This document shows, one piece after another, positions 10,188 through 19,627 of a stretch of DNA of 64,000 nt (position 1 is the stretch's first letter; every line of letters starts with the position of its first letter). The notes beneath the pieces are model-generated. The model was not told where the DNA came from. It did no database searches and saw only the letters and a list, made by a program, of their open reading frames with translations. A program made the position numbers and the translations under genes. Source of the DNA: an uncultured candidate division Zixibacteria bacterium (lineage in GTDB: Bacteria > Zixibacteria > MSB-5A5 > RBG-16-43-9); the NCBI GenBank assembly GCA_963713865.1, contig OY970208.1:2304001-2368000 (forward strand), in the 5' to 3' direction.

Positions 10188-12203
10188 ATGCAGAAAAAAT
10201 ATGAAAAAATAATCACCTGGCTTGCTCCTCCGAAGACCTTTTTGTTCTTTGGTCTCCTTTTCTTTTCAGGAGTGTTGTTCTTAACGCTTTTCCGCCTGGG
10301 TTTTCTTTTAAGGTATCACCATCTTGCCTCCGGAATCCCTTCATCCATATTATTTCAATCTTTTATCATCGGTGCCCGTTTTGATATGGTGGTCTTAAGT
10401 TATCTTCTTATTCCTTTTTTTATTTTAAGCTCCTTTCCTTTCATAAACACCTTTCGATGGAAGCCAGCCCGAAATCTAACCCTCTTTTTAATTTTCTTGG
10501 GTTTAAGTTTCCTTTTTTTACTCTCTTTAGTAGATCTGGAATATTTCAGCGAATTTGGAACTCGTCTGAACCACTGGGCTTTAGAATATTTAGACCGTCC
10601 TGATTTTGTTTTTTACTCTATCTGGTCAAGTTATCCGGTCATTCCCTATCTTATCCTCTGGGCGTTCATCTGCTTCGTCTTCATATTTTTTATGCTGAAA
10701 CTCAGTCGAAAAATTTTAAAAAAAAGCAGTAATCGATTTCCCCCGAACGAGATCTTTTACTTTATCTTGGCTCTTTTTCTATTATTTTTCTCTGCCAGGG
10801 GACGCTTGAAACTTGCTCCCATAGACTGGGGCCTGGCTTATTTCTCGAAATACGATTTTGCCAATCAGTTAGCCTTGAATGGCATTCACACTCTGGGAAA
10901 AACAATGTTGGACGAGCATAAGGAGTCGAGTCCAGAATATTTATCTGAATTTCATTTCTTTGATGATAAGGAAGCCTTAACCTCAGTCCAGAAACTACTG
11001 ACGGGAAGAAACGAAAAACTCGAGGATTCTTTACATTCCATCCGCCGTTATATTATTTCCGAATCAGATAAACTGGAAAACCACAATATCGTTATCGTCC
11101 TTCTGGAAAGCTGGTTGGCAGAATTCGTAGGCTCCTTGGGTAGTAAATTAAACCTGACCCCACATTTTGACAGCTTAGTCCAGAATGGAATCTTATTTGA
11201 AAACTTCTTTGCCACGGGAACCCGCACCAATCGAGGATTGGTTTCGGTTTTGTGCTCCTTTCCATCTCAGCCCGGTGGTACCTTAATGAAGAAGTTTAAT
11301 CATAATCAGCCTTTTGTTTCTTTATCTCGAATTTTAAAAGAGAGAGAATATAATACGCTTTTTATCTATGGTGGCGATTTGCAGTTTGACAATATGAAAG
11401 GATTTTTCAGTCAGCAGGGTTTTGATCTTTTCGCCGGACAGGAGGATTTTCCTAAAAAAGAATTTACCAACAAATGGGGCGTTCCAAACGATATCGTTTT
11501 CAGCCGGGCAGTAGAGGAGTTTTCCAGAATTGGAGATCACCCCTTCTTAGGGGTGATAGTTACCTTAAGTAATCACGAGCCTTTTACTTTGCCCAGGAAT
11601 GTAACCAAGCCCTATCCTTCTGATTACCCCAATAGCGAATATCTAAACGCTTTTCATTATTCGGATTGGGCTTTAGGCAAGTTTTTCCATCAGGCAGAAA
11701 AAGAGGCTTTTTTTAAAAATACCATTTTCGTTTTGGTAGCAGACCACGGCAGACTTCTTCAGAGCCAGAGCGATCTGCCTTTAGAACGCTTTCATATCGC
11801 CTGTCTTATCTATTCCCCGGAGATTATAGGGAAAGAACCAAAAAGGATTAAAACAGTAGCCAGCCAAACCGACCTTATACCCACCATCCTTGGACTACTG
11901 GGTAAACCTGCCCTGCATGAATCCTGGGGAAGGGACCTCTTCTCTCTTTCCTCAGAGGATAAAGGATTTGCAATGATGGTGGACGGGAAAAGAATAGGCT
12001 GGGTAGATCCGCCTTATTTCTTAGTTGACCGTATAGGCGCCACCACTTCTCTTTACAACTATATAGATGACCCGGAGCAGAAAAAAGATGTCTCTTCCGA
12101 ACATCCAGGAATAACCAAGGAGCTTGAGAAAAAAGAACGATCTTTTCTTCAGTTGAGCATTCAACAATCAGCTAAGAAAGGGATAAAAATAAAAATGCGA
12201 TGA
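10188..12203 (+). CDS. LTA synthase family (LtaS-like) membrane sulfatase/phosphoglycerol transferase
   Basis: Five N-terminal TM helices; NIVIVLLES, GTRTNRG (Thr nucleophile), TLSNHEPF, VADHG, SQTDLIPT. Confidence 0.88.
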   Translation: MQKKYEKIITWLAPPKTFLFFGLLFFSGVLFLTLFRLGFLLRYHHLASGIPSSILFQSFIIGARFDMVVLSYLLIPFFILSSFPFINTFRWKPARNLTLFLIFLGLSFLFLLSLVDLEYFSEFGTRLNHWALEYLDRPDFVFYSIWSSYPVIPYLILWAFICFVFIFFMLKLSRKILKKSSNRFPPNEIFYFILALFLLFFSARGRLKLAPIDWGLAYFSKYDFANQLALNGIHTLGKTMLDEHKESSPEYLSEFHFFDDKEALTSVQKLLTGRNEKLEDSLHSIRRYIISESDKLENHNIVIVLLESWLAEFVGSLGSKLNLTPHFDSLVQNGILFENFFATGTRTNRGLVSVLCSFPSQPGGTLMKKFNHNQPFVSLSRILKEREYNTLFIYGGDLQFDNMKGFFSQQGFDLFAGQEDFPKKEFTNKWGVPNDIVFSRAVEEFSRIGDHPFLGVIVTLSNHEPFTLPRNVTKPYPSDYPNSEYLNAFHYSDWALGKFFHQAEKEAFFKNTIFVLVADHGRLLQSQSDLPLERFHIACLIYSPEIIGKEPKRIKTVASQTDLIPTILGLLGKPALHESWGRDLFSLSSEDKGFAMMVDGKRIGWVDPPYFLVDRIGATTSLYNYIDDPEQKKDVSSEHPGITKELEKKERSFLQLSIQQSAKKGIKIKMR

Positions 12204-12208
12204 AAATC

Positions 12209-12238
12209 GTAGGGGTGGGTTTTAAACCCACCCCTTAC
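12209..12238. repeat. GTAG-type REP-like hairpin between convergent genes (may act as terminator)
   Basis: GTAGGGGTGGGTTTTAAACCCACCCCTTAC. Confidence 0.65.
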
Positions 12239-12345
12239 ACATTCGTTCTCTACTGTTTCGGGAACAGTCTCAATATCCCCTGCGGGGAGAATCCCCGAAG
12301 ATAATCAACATCGGCATTTCCTAATGCCTATGCATCAAAGTAAAA

Positions 12346-13602
12346 TCAAAACTTTTCTTTTTCCTTTTCTTGCTCTAACTCAAATTCTTTGTCTGCCCTT
12401 TTTACCTTCAGGTAAAGAATTATAGAGACAAACAAGATAAAAATCCAGACTATCCCCAATCCTACTTTCCTCATTCTCAGTGATTTAAAATATTTATTCA
12501 CTGAAGAAGTTATCTCCCCAGCAACACTTCTTGCATTGTTGGTAATCTTTTCTATTTCTGAGAGATTTAGAGTATGAGTTACCGGCAATACCTGTAGCAT
12601 ATCGGTATAAGCCTGCTCTAACTGGTTCTCATATCCGGAGACATCCTGCCCCTTGACTTTGGCTTTCGCTATTAACTCTTTAGCCTTATCTATCTGCTCC
12701 TTTGCTTCTAAGATCAGGGTCTTTATCTGCTGTCCTCTTTTGTAAGCCCCGGAGTTGGGGTCGTGGCAGTTAGAACAGACCTGATCAAACATGGTTATCT
12801 CTGGATATCGGATTGAATGATTCCCATGACAGGAGGTGCACTGGGACATCTTCTTTTTCTGCATAGCTTCAAAATGAGGGCTTTTAGCAAAATAGGTCTC
12901 CGCATTTATGTGACATTTCCCACAAACATTCCCCACCTCTGTAACTCCTGGAGGGACTGCACCGTGGTTTCCATGACAACCTGCGCAGGTGGGAGCTGAA
13001 CGGTCATTTTTTTCTAAAAGAGCTTTACCGTGAACACTCGAAACATATTCCTCTAAGATATTATAAGGCAGACGATATCGCTCCATAAGTTTTTTATCAG
13101 AATGGCAAGCTGCACAGGTTTGAGGCAGGTTTGTAGGAAAGACCTTATTCAGAGGGTCTTTGACCGCGGTGATAGTATGACTGCCGTGACAGTCCACACA
13201 ACCAGCTACATTCGCATCGTTTCTTTCCAAAAGAGCTATTCCGTGTTCGCTGGTCCGGTAATACTCTAACTGGTCAGTAAGTATGCCGTATTGCCTCATC
13301 CTCTTTTTATCTGCATGGCAATTTCCGCATAATAAGACCAACTCTTTTTTAGAAGGCTTACCTTTAAAACCTGCCTTAGAGGACATAGAGACTTCTGGGT
13401 CCAGGCTGGTTGGATCTCCGCCATGACAGTCAGCACAAAAGATATCTTTTTCTGAATGGATACTTTTCAGATATTCCACCTTCTTCTCCCCGTGACAGAC
13501 CATACAGGAATATGACTCTAAATCTATTGACCAGCCCGAATGGGTAAAGAGAAAAAGGACTACTGTGCTCAAGCAGATTTTTTTTAAGGTTTTAATTCTC
13601 AC
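12346..13602 (-). CDS. Membrane-anchored multiheme cytochrome c (9 CxxCH)
   Basis: Signal peptide; CMVCH, CADCH, CGNCH, CVDCH, CAACH, CAGCH, CGKCH, CTSCH, CSNCH; helical stalk and C-terminal TM helix. Confidence 0.92.
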   Translation of the reverse strand: MRIKTLKKICLSTVVLFLFTHSGWSIDLESYSCMVCHGEKKVEYLKSIHSEKDIFCADCHGGDPTSLDPEVSMSSKAGFKGKPSKKELVLLCGNCHADKKRMRQYGILTDQLEYYRTSEHGIALLERNDANVAGCVDCHGSHTITAVKDPLNKVFPTNLPQTCAACHSDKKLMERYRLPYNILEEYVSSVHGKALLEKNDRSAPTCAGCHGNHGAVPPGVTEVGNVCGKCHINAETYFAKSPHFEAMQKKKMSQCTSCHGNHSIRYPEITMFDQVCSNCHDPNSGAYKRGQQIKTLILEAKEQIDKAKELIAKAKVKGQDVSGYENQLEQAYTDMLQVLPVTHTLNLSEIEKITNNARSVAGEITSSVNKYFKSLRMRKVGLGIVWIFILFVSIILYLKVKRADKEFELEQEKEKEKF

Positions 13603-14093
13603 TTGTTCTTTGTCTCCTCAATTTCGTGAGGTGCCCCTTTCAAATCGAAATGATATTTCTTTCCTAAAATAGTTCGAGTTGACTCAGACAGAAAGCCTAA
13701 CAAGGAAAAGAGAAGAGCTATGATTATTACCGCTATCCCGATAGAGGTGGCAAATTTTCTCTTAGAAGGATAACGCTCCGGACTCCGATCTAAAAACGGC
13801 ACTAAGAAAAGGATGACTAACAGAACTCCTATTCCCAGAATGCCTAAAACCTTGGGCACGAATTTCAAAAATTGATACCCTGCCAGGAAATACCATTCCG
13901 GCTTGATCCCTTCAGGAGTCTGAAAAGGATTTGCCTTCTCGTGAAAGGGGAAGGGGGAAAATACGGCTAAAGTGAGGACAACCCCGAAAAGCAGAAAAGC
14001 CACGATGACTTCTTTCAGAAAATGGTTAGGGTAAAAAGGCTTCCCCTCTTCAATTTCTTCTTCTATGTTTTTCTTCTTCAGCTCCTCTTCCAT
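13599..14093 (-). CDS. Rieske/cytochrome b complex subunit IV (PetD/QcrC-like)
   Basis: PFYPNH, ANPFQTP and IKPEWYF motifs; three TM helices. Confidence 0.9.
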   Translation of the reverse strand: MEEELKKKNIEEEIEEGKPFYPNHFLKEVIVAFLLFGVVLTLAVFSPFPFHEKANPFQTPEGIKPEWYFLAGYQFLKFVPKVLGILGIGVLLVILFLVPFLDRSPERYPSKRKFATSIGIAVIIIALLFSLLGFLSESTRTILGKKYHFDLKGAPHEIEETKNK

Positions 14094-14253
14094 TTCTCAT
14101 CTTCCATCTTACTTCTATACATTGAAGTGTAAACCTTTAGGTTTACTTGTTTTTTTAAACGTAAAGCTCAAGTCTCAAAACTTGAAGCTTTACACTCCAG
14201 TCTTTTTTACTTTCTCTTCCTTCTTACATCTCACTTCTCACCTTTTATTTTTT

Positions 14254-14997
14254 TTACAGCGGTTTTGCGACTCCCTGTCTTTTGACCATCGCGAAATGAA
14301 CTGCTAAAAACATTGCTGTTATCCAAGGAAGGATAAGGACATGCACAGAATAAAATCTGGTTAAGGTATCACCGGTTACATTCAAACTACCTCTTAAAAG
14401 AATTAAAAGATAACTGCCTATAAAAGGAACCCCTCCTGCCACCTCCGTCCCTACTGTTGTTCCCCAGTAAGACCTCTGGTCCCAGGGAAGAAGATAACCG
14501 GTAAATCCAAAACCAAAAGTTAAAATAAGTAAAACCACACCCACCATCCAGTTCAATTCCCTGGGATTTTTAAAAGCTCCTTGAAAATATACTCTTCCCA
14601 TATGGATTAAAACGGTAATCATCATCAGATTTGCACCCCAGGCATGAATCTCCCTGATAAGCCAGCCCAGGGGAACTGTGTTGGTAATGAATTTTACGCT
14701 ATTGTAAGCATCTGCAGCTGAGGGTTTATAATATATTGCCAAAAGTATACCGGTTATGACCTGAATAACAAACAAGAGAAAGGTCATCCCCCCAAAGCAA
14801 TGCAGAAAACTAAGACCTTTAGGAACCGGCTTCTTGAGAAGTTTTTGTAATCCTTCTTTTACATCCAGCCTCTGGTCTAATTCACCATAGATAATCGGGA
14901 AGACATTTAATAGAACCCCCACCACCTGTCTGAGATTTAACCTCTCCTCAGTCCAGTTTCTTACCTTTTGGCGTATCTTTTTTTTCTTCTCATCCAT
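14254..14997 (-). CDS. Cytochrome b6-like N-terminal cytochrome b subunit (PetB/QcrB)
   Basis: HCFGG, QVITGILLA, IHAWGAN, IHMGRV, GFTGYLLPWDQ, RFYSVH...HF. Confidence 0.93.
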   Translation of the reverse strand: MDEKKKKIRQKVRNWTEERLNLRQVVGVLLNVFPIIYGELDQRLDVKEGLQKLLKKPVPKGLSFLHCFGGMTFLLFVIQVITGILLAIYYKPSAADAYNSVKFITNTVPLGWLIREIHAWGANLMMITVLIHMGRVYFQGAFKNPRELNWMVGVVLLILTFGFGFTGYLLPWDQRSYWGTTVGTEVAGGVPFIGSYLLILLRGSLNVTGDTLTRFYSVHVLILPWITAMFLAVHFAMVKRQGVAKPL

Positions 14998-14998
14998 C

Positions 14999-15451
14999 TT
15001 AAGCTAATCCTGTAACATAGATTATATCGTTTGCAACTTCTACCTTATATAATGGCAAGGGTTTGGGCGCAGGGCCGGAATCACATTCCCCTTATAATCG
15101 AAAAATGCGGCATGGCAGGGGCATTTTAAGGTTTGGGGACCCTCTTCCCATTCTACCATACAGCCTAAGTGGGTACATTTCATATCCACCGCAAAAAGAC
15201 CTGCCTGAACATGCATCACCATAACGTTTTTACCCTGATAGACCACTGGTTTGGCTTTCCCCACTGGCAAATCAGCTACAGGTGCCACCTCCACCCTCTC
15301 TGCCTTTTCTGCCCCACCCTCTTTCTTAGGTGGATAAACATAAGTCAAAATCGAGCCAAGCACTGCCAGAAAAGATACAACTATTGATCCACCAATCAGA
15401 TAATCCAAAAAAGACCGTTCTGGAGATTTTCTTTTCTTCGTTGTTTGACAT
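14999..15451 (-). pseudogene. Rieske 2Fe-2S protein with two single-base frameshifts (real lesions or sequencing errors)
   Basis: CTHLGC and CPCH in the middle frame; removing one base at 15418/9 restores MSNNEEKKISRRSFL (Tat motif); adding one at 15079/80 restores VISGPAPKPLPLYKVEVANDIIYVTGLA*, ending 1 nt before the cyt b ATG. Confidence 0.8.
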
Positions 15452-15479
15452 AAACTTAAGCTACTTTTTCTCATTAACT

Positions 15480-15497
15480 TTGTTACTTTTCTCACAA
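15480..15497. promoter_or_regulatory. Candidate Rex/CRP-like operator downstream of a sigma70 promoter for the Rieske-cyt b operon
   Basis: Minus strand TTGTGAGAAAAGTAACAA; upstream TTGACT-16-TATAAT at ~15518-15545. Confidence 0.45.
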
Positions 15498-15852
15498 ACA
15501 AGACCATTTTAGTAATGATTATATCGAAAAACCAAAAAAAGTCAAGAAAAATATTGAAAAGTTTTTTTAAAGAGATCTTATGTGACAAAATCCGTCTCAG
15601 GTAGATTCTATCATTACTTTTTCCAATCTCCAGAAAAGCAAAACTGAAAACCTCCCCGGATGCTCAAGTGTAGTAAATCCATCAAAAAGTAGCATAGGGG
15701 TGGTCGATAAAAGCCTTACGACGACTACACCGGGCTTAGCTCCCCGTAGGGAGTTTATTGAGCTTTTCGAAACCCGCTTTAGCGGTGTCTCCACCCTCTT
15801 TGAAAAGCAGTAAACTTTCCTACAATCCCACGCAGAGGTTAACTGTTAACCA

Positions 15853-16368
15853 TTAACAGAAAAAGAAATGGATTCTTTTACGAAAAAAGATGTAATCTAA
15901 CAGGTAAACAATCAGCAAAGTCAAGCCGGTTAATAGAAGCAGGTTCATATCTATATTAAGATTTTTCAGACCTTTTTCTGCCAAACCCCATGAAGTAATG
16001 ATGAGATTAATTTGCGGCTGGATAATGGCGGTTATTTTCTGGCTGATATGTTTCCAGCCCATAAAATACAGGGGAATAAAAATCCCGGCTGCCAGTCCTA
16101 AAATCACCAGAAAGACTTCGGTGTAATTCAAACCAGATTTGGATGCCGGCACCGGGGAAAGTTTTGAAAAAACCTTTTCAGTAAAATCGGGACACAGCTC
16201 AAAACCCTTATCCGTTTTTAAGCCGGCATATAATCTTTTATACCCCTCCAAAGCTTTTTGACAGAGTTGACAGGTCCTGAGATGCTCTTCCACAAACCTA
16301 TACCCGGAGCCAGGAATATCATCCAGATAATCCTGAATCTCTTCCTCTGTCAGATGTCTTAATTCCAT
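15853..16368 (-). CDS. Zinc-binding anti-sigma factor (ZAS/zf-HC2) with TM helices
   Basis: H...HLRTCQLC motif, two TM segments, overlaps the ECF sigma stop. Confidence 0.85.
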   Translation of the reverse strand: MELRHLTEEEIQDYLDDIPGSGYRFVEEHLRTCQLCQKALEGYKRLYAGLKTDKGFELCPDFTEKVFSKLSPVPASKSGLNYTEVFLVILGLAAGIFIPLYFMGWKHISQKITAIIQPQINLIITSWGLAEKGLKNLNIDMNLLLLTGLTLLIVYLLDYIFFRKRIHFFFC

Positions 16369-16931
16369 AAACCCTCCTTCTGATATTTTCTTATCAATTT
16401 CCCCTTTAAAAGTCTTCTTGCCCGAAAAAGGTAGCTTTTCACTGTTCCCTCCGGCAGCTGCATAACCTTTGATATCTCAGCATAACTCATCTCCTCCAGA
16501 TGGTATAGGGTTAGAATAGTCCGGAAGTGAACCGGCAATTTTTCGATCTCTTTTTGCAGAAGGTAAAATATCTCGAACCTTTCAACAGATTCATCCGGAG
16601 GGAAATCACCTGCCATAAGATTCTTCTGAGCTGTGTTCTCCAGTGTAATGGTATTATAGAGATTCTTCTTGTCCTTCCCGAGGAAATCGAGACAGGCATT
16701 ATAAGCGATTTTGGCAATCCAAGAGGAAAGTTTGGCTCCAAAATGAAAGCTGGATAAATTAGTGTAAACCTTAATGAAGATCTCCTGACAGAGGTCCTCC
16801 CGGTCTTTCTGATTAAAAACCATTCTAAAAACTATATGACTGACCAGCCGCTGGTGCTCTTCGATAATGCTCCGGAAAGCATTCCGGTCTCCAGACAATA
16901 TTCTATTGATAAGAGACCTGGTATCTGACAT
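16359..16931 (-). CDS. ECF RNA polymerase sigma factor (SigW/RpoE-like)
   Basis: DLCQEIFIKVY, SSWIAKIAYN and MSYAEIS...PEGTVKSYLFRAR regions 2 and 4. Confidence 0.93.
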   Translation of the reverse strand: MSDTRSLINRILSGDRNAFRSIIEEHQRLVSHIVFRMVFNQKDREDLCQEIFIKVYTNLSSFHFGAKLSSWIAKIAYNACLDFLGKDKKNLYNTITLENTAQKNLMAGDFPPDESVERFEIFYLLQKEIEKLPVHFRTILTLYHLEEMSYAEISKVMQLPEGTVKSYLFRARRLLKGKLIRKYQKEGLWN

Positions 16932-16950
16932 TATCTTCTTCCTGATATAA

Positions 16951-17022
16951 TAGACCGCTTAAAGAAAGAAAAGTTGCATTTTTTAAATCTTTAATGCAAC
17001 ATTTTTTTGCCTGTCCTGTCTA
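16951..17022. promoter_or_regulatory. Back-to-back ECF promoters TGCAAC-N17-GTCTA
   Basis: Minus: TGCAAC 16978-16973 and GTCTA 16955-16951; plus: TGCAAC 16995-17000 and GTCTA 17018-17022. Confidence 0.75.
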
Positions 17023-17066
17023 ATTTAATGTAAAGATGAACCAGAACCTAAAGGAAAGGAGTAAAT

Positions 17067-17444
17067 ATGGAAAAACTCGTGGATGCTGTAGGCTTAATAG
17101 GGTTCTTTGTAGCAACAGCTTTTATCGTAAGAATCATATTTGACTACAAAATCAGAGCAAAACTAATTGAAAAAGGGATGGTAGATGAGAATATCAAATA
17201 CCTCTATGCCCAAAGACCAGAAACTCAGACCCTCTCCTCTTTGAAATGGGGAATAATTTTAATTGCGGTGGGAGTACCGGTTTTCATCGGTCGGGTGGTT
17301 TTGATCCAGATGGTTCCGCCAGACTCAGCCGATGCGATTACTATTGGCGGAATGCTTGTTTGTTCTGGCCTGGGACTGTGCCTCTATTATTTAATCGCCA
17401 GCCGCAAGATGCGGAAGATTAAGGAAAATGGCACTGAACCCTAA
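17067..17444 (+). CDS. Small 3-TM membrane protein (DUF6249-like), ECF-associated
   Basis: R..LIEKG, SLKWGIILIAVG and GLGLCLYY patterns; AAGGAG RBS. Confidence 0.7.
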   Translation: MEKLVDAVGLIGFFVATAFIVRIIFDYKIRAKLIEKGMVDENIKYLYAQRPETQTLSSLKWGIILIAVGVPVFIGRVVLIQMVPPDSADAITIGGMLVCSGLGLCLYYLIASRKMRKIKENGTEP

Positions 17445-17879
17445 AAATTTTCATCAGGTATAAAGCACTGCTTTACAGTCTTATTTCTCCTTGGAAAGGA
17501 GAGGGAAAATAATTTCCCCTCCTCTTCAAGGAGGGGAAAAAGGGAGGTTTCATTCCTGAGGGAAGGCTCAAGATAAGACGACACGTTGTGTCGCAAGAGG
17601 TTGCAACTGCCTCCTGCGTCCCACAGGCCGTTAGTCAAAGGCTCTTAATGCATCCAGGAAGGCTCGTTTTCTTGAATATCTCATAGTGGCTTATTAGTCT
17701 TAATAAGGAAAATAACGGGCGATAAATGACATGTCGACAAAGACCTACCAGCAATCCAATTTTTAGGTGTTGTCCCGTTTTGTCCTGTGTTTTGGCTCCT
17801 CATTTCAGAAAATTGTTAGAAAGATCCCTATCTCCTAAGTCCTGATATCAGTCCGCCCAGGGTGGAAACTTATGCCGCA

Positions 17880-18719
17880 TTATCGCTGCAAAGATTTTCG
17901 AGCTGTCAGTAATTGACGAACAAGCACGCACAGGATCAGCAGTAGAACCATTGCTGCAATGATAGACGGTCCGGCAGGAAGATTCATCTTTACAGAGATA
18001 AATATTCCCATAAGACTACTTGTGAATGCAATGGTCCAGCCCAAAAACAGTCGCCACCCTCGCCTTCTGGTGAACAACAATGCTATTACCGGAGGGATCA
18101 CCAACAGGGAGAAAACAAGCAGGACTCCGGCAATATGTACCGATGAAGTCACTACAATCCCGAATAAAGCATAAAACAAAAAATCCCACCAACCAGCAGA
18201 CCAGCCATCTGCAATGGCACCGGCGCGATCTTCAGACAGGCGAAAGAACCTGCTTCTTAGAAACCAATGGATGACGCCTACTGCAGAATATAGTATGGCG
18301 GTAGAGATTAAATCATCGACGCGAACAGTAAGGAGCGAGCCCGCCAGCATATGCTCAATCTCCTCCATACCTTCTGGTCGCCCTGCTAAAACAAGTATCA
18401 CCGCAGTGGAAAAGCTGGCATAGATGATACCGATGAACGCCTCATGTGGGATGTGGTTGTCTTTTGTACGTGATACTGAGATTAAGGCTGCACCCACCAA
18501 GGTAAATGCCAAGCTAAGAAGATAGGCGCTGAGCGAATGAGGATCAAAGCCCATCACCAGGGCAACCACTGCACCAAACGCCGCAGCCTGTGCCAGGGAG
18601 ATATCTACGAAAATTACTCCACGACTAACCACATGGAAACCGAGATAAGAATGAATCCCAGCCAGGATTAGTGCCGCTAACAATGCTAATTGGACAAATG
18701 AATACGAAAAAAGATGCAT
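17880..18719 (-). CDS. Zn/Mn ABC transporter permease (ZnuB/ABC-3-like)
   Basis: GFHVVSRGVIFVDISLAQ, EAFIGIIY, GVLLVFSLLVIPP, PAGPSI. Confidence 0.85.
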   Translation of the reverse strand: MHLFSYSFVQLALLAALILAGIHSYLGFHVVSRGVIFVDISLAQAAAFGAVVALVMGFDPHSLSAYLLSLAFTLVGAALISVSRTKDNHIPHEAFIGIIYASFSTAVILVLAGRPEGMEEIEHMLAGSLLTVRVDDLISTAILYSAVGVIHWFLRSRFFRLSEDRAGAIADGWSAGWWDFLFYALFGIVVTSSVHIAGVLLVFSLLVIPPVIALLFTRRRGWRLFLGWTIAFTSSLMGIFISVKMNLPAGPSIIAAMVLLLILCVLVRQLLTARKSLQR

Positions 18720-19627
18720 TAATTCCTCTGGTTGGAAGCCTTAAGTAGCTGGTTGATTATGGTATCAATCAAGGAAAAATAATCGCTGGTTCCCTCGGCT
18801 CCGCCAACAGACGGAGGAAGATCAACCACCACTGCCCCAGTGGCGCGCGCAATGACTTTGGGAGCTCTGTCTGAGAAATATGGCTCCTTTCCGATTATCT
18901 TGACCCCTCGAGATTTGACTAATTCTATCAATTCGGCAGTATGTGCTGGGGTCGGTTCAATTCCCGGTCTTGGCTCTATAAAACCGACTACCTTGATTCC
19001 AAAAGCCCTCGAAAAGTACGGCCAGGAGTTATGATAGGTGATAATCTCCATTCCATTAAGCGGCTCGGCTTCTCTTTTCCAGATTTCCATCTTGGTTTTC
19101 AACTCCGATTCAAATCTCGATAGATTTCCCTCATAAACTGAAGTTCCCGCGGGATCAACTTGCGAAAGCCCTTTTGAGATGTTCTTGGCAATTATTAAGG
19201 CGTTGGCAGGGTCAAGCCAATAATGCGGATTCCCCTGCGGATGAACATCACCCATAGAGGCATCAATCTTCGCGGTTGGCTTTTCCATAGGTTCAACTCC
19301 CTGAGAGCAATCTATGATAATCAATTTGCCATTGCGAGAACCATCGATAATGGGGGCTGCCCAGAAATCGAGCTCGAGTCCTACTTTGAAATAAATATCC
19401 GCTCTTGAAACAATCACCATGTAACTTGGAAGAACCTCCACGAAATGCGGATTGAATTTGCCTGAGGCGATAGACGCCACTGAGACACGATCGCCGCCGA
19501 TATATTCGGCAATAGATTTGAGATCAGAAGTCGATGTTACGACATTTATTTTGGCCTTGACGCTGATTGCATTTATAGCCAGTATTAAAATTATAAAGAA
19601 AGTTAGTTTTTTCATTTTATCCTCCAT
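18719..19627 (-). CDS. Zn/Mn ABC transporter substrate-binding protein (ZnuA/TroA-like)
   Basis: NPHFVE, GDVHPQGNPHYWLDP, TYHNSWPYF, EPRPGIEPT. Confidence 0.9.
   Translation of the reverse strand: MEDKMKKLTFFIILILAINAISVKAKINVVTSTSDLKSIAEYIGGDRVSVASIASGKFNPHFVEVLPSYMVIVSRADIYFKVGLELDFWAAPIIDGSRNGKLIIIDCSQGVEPMEKPTAKIDASMGDVHPQGNPHYWLDPANALIIAKNISKGLSQVDPAGTSVYEGNLSRFESELKTKMEIWKREAEPLNGMEIITYHNSWPYFSRAFGIKVVGFIEPRPGIEPTPAHTAELIELVKSRGVKIIGKEPYFSDRAPKVIARATGAVVVDLPPSVGGAEGTSDYFSLIDTIINQLLKASNQRN

Noticed and set aside
15040-15588. ORF-track 182-aa Rieske protein
   Set aside because: Both termini are frameshift artefacts, and the N-terminal extension crosses the promoter
15690-15800. Structured segment GGGGTGG...CCACCCT as a possible ncRNA (6S or riboswitch)
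   Set aside because: It shares GGGTTTCG.AAAGCTCAA with the repeat at ~56905 and matches no RNA family motif I recognise; better explained as a nested REP-like element
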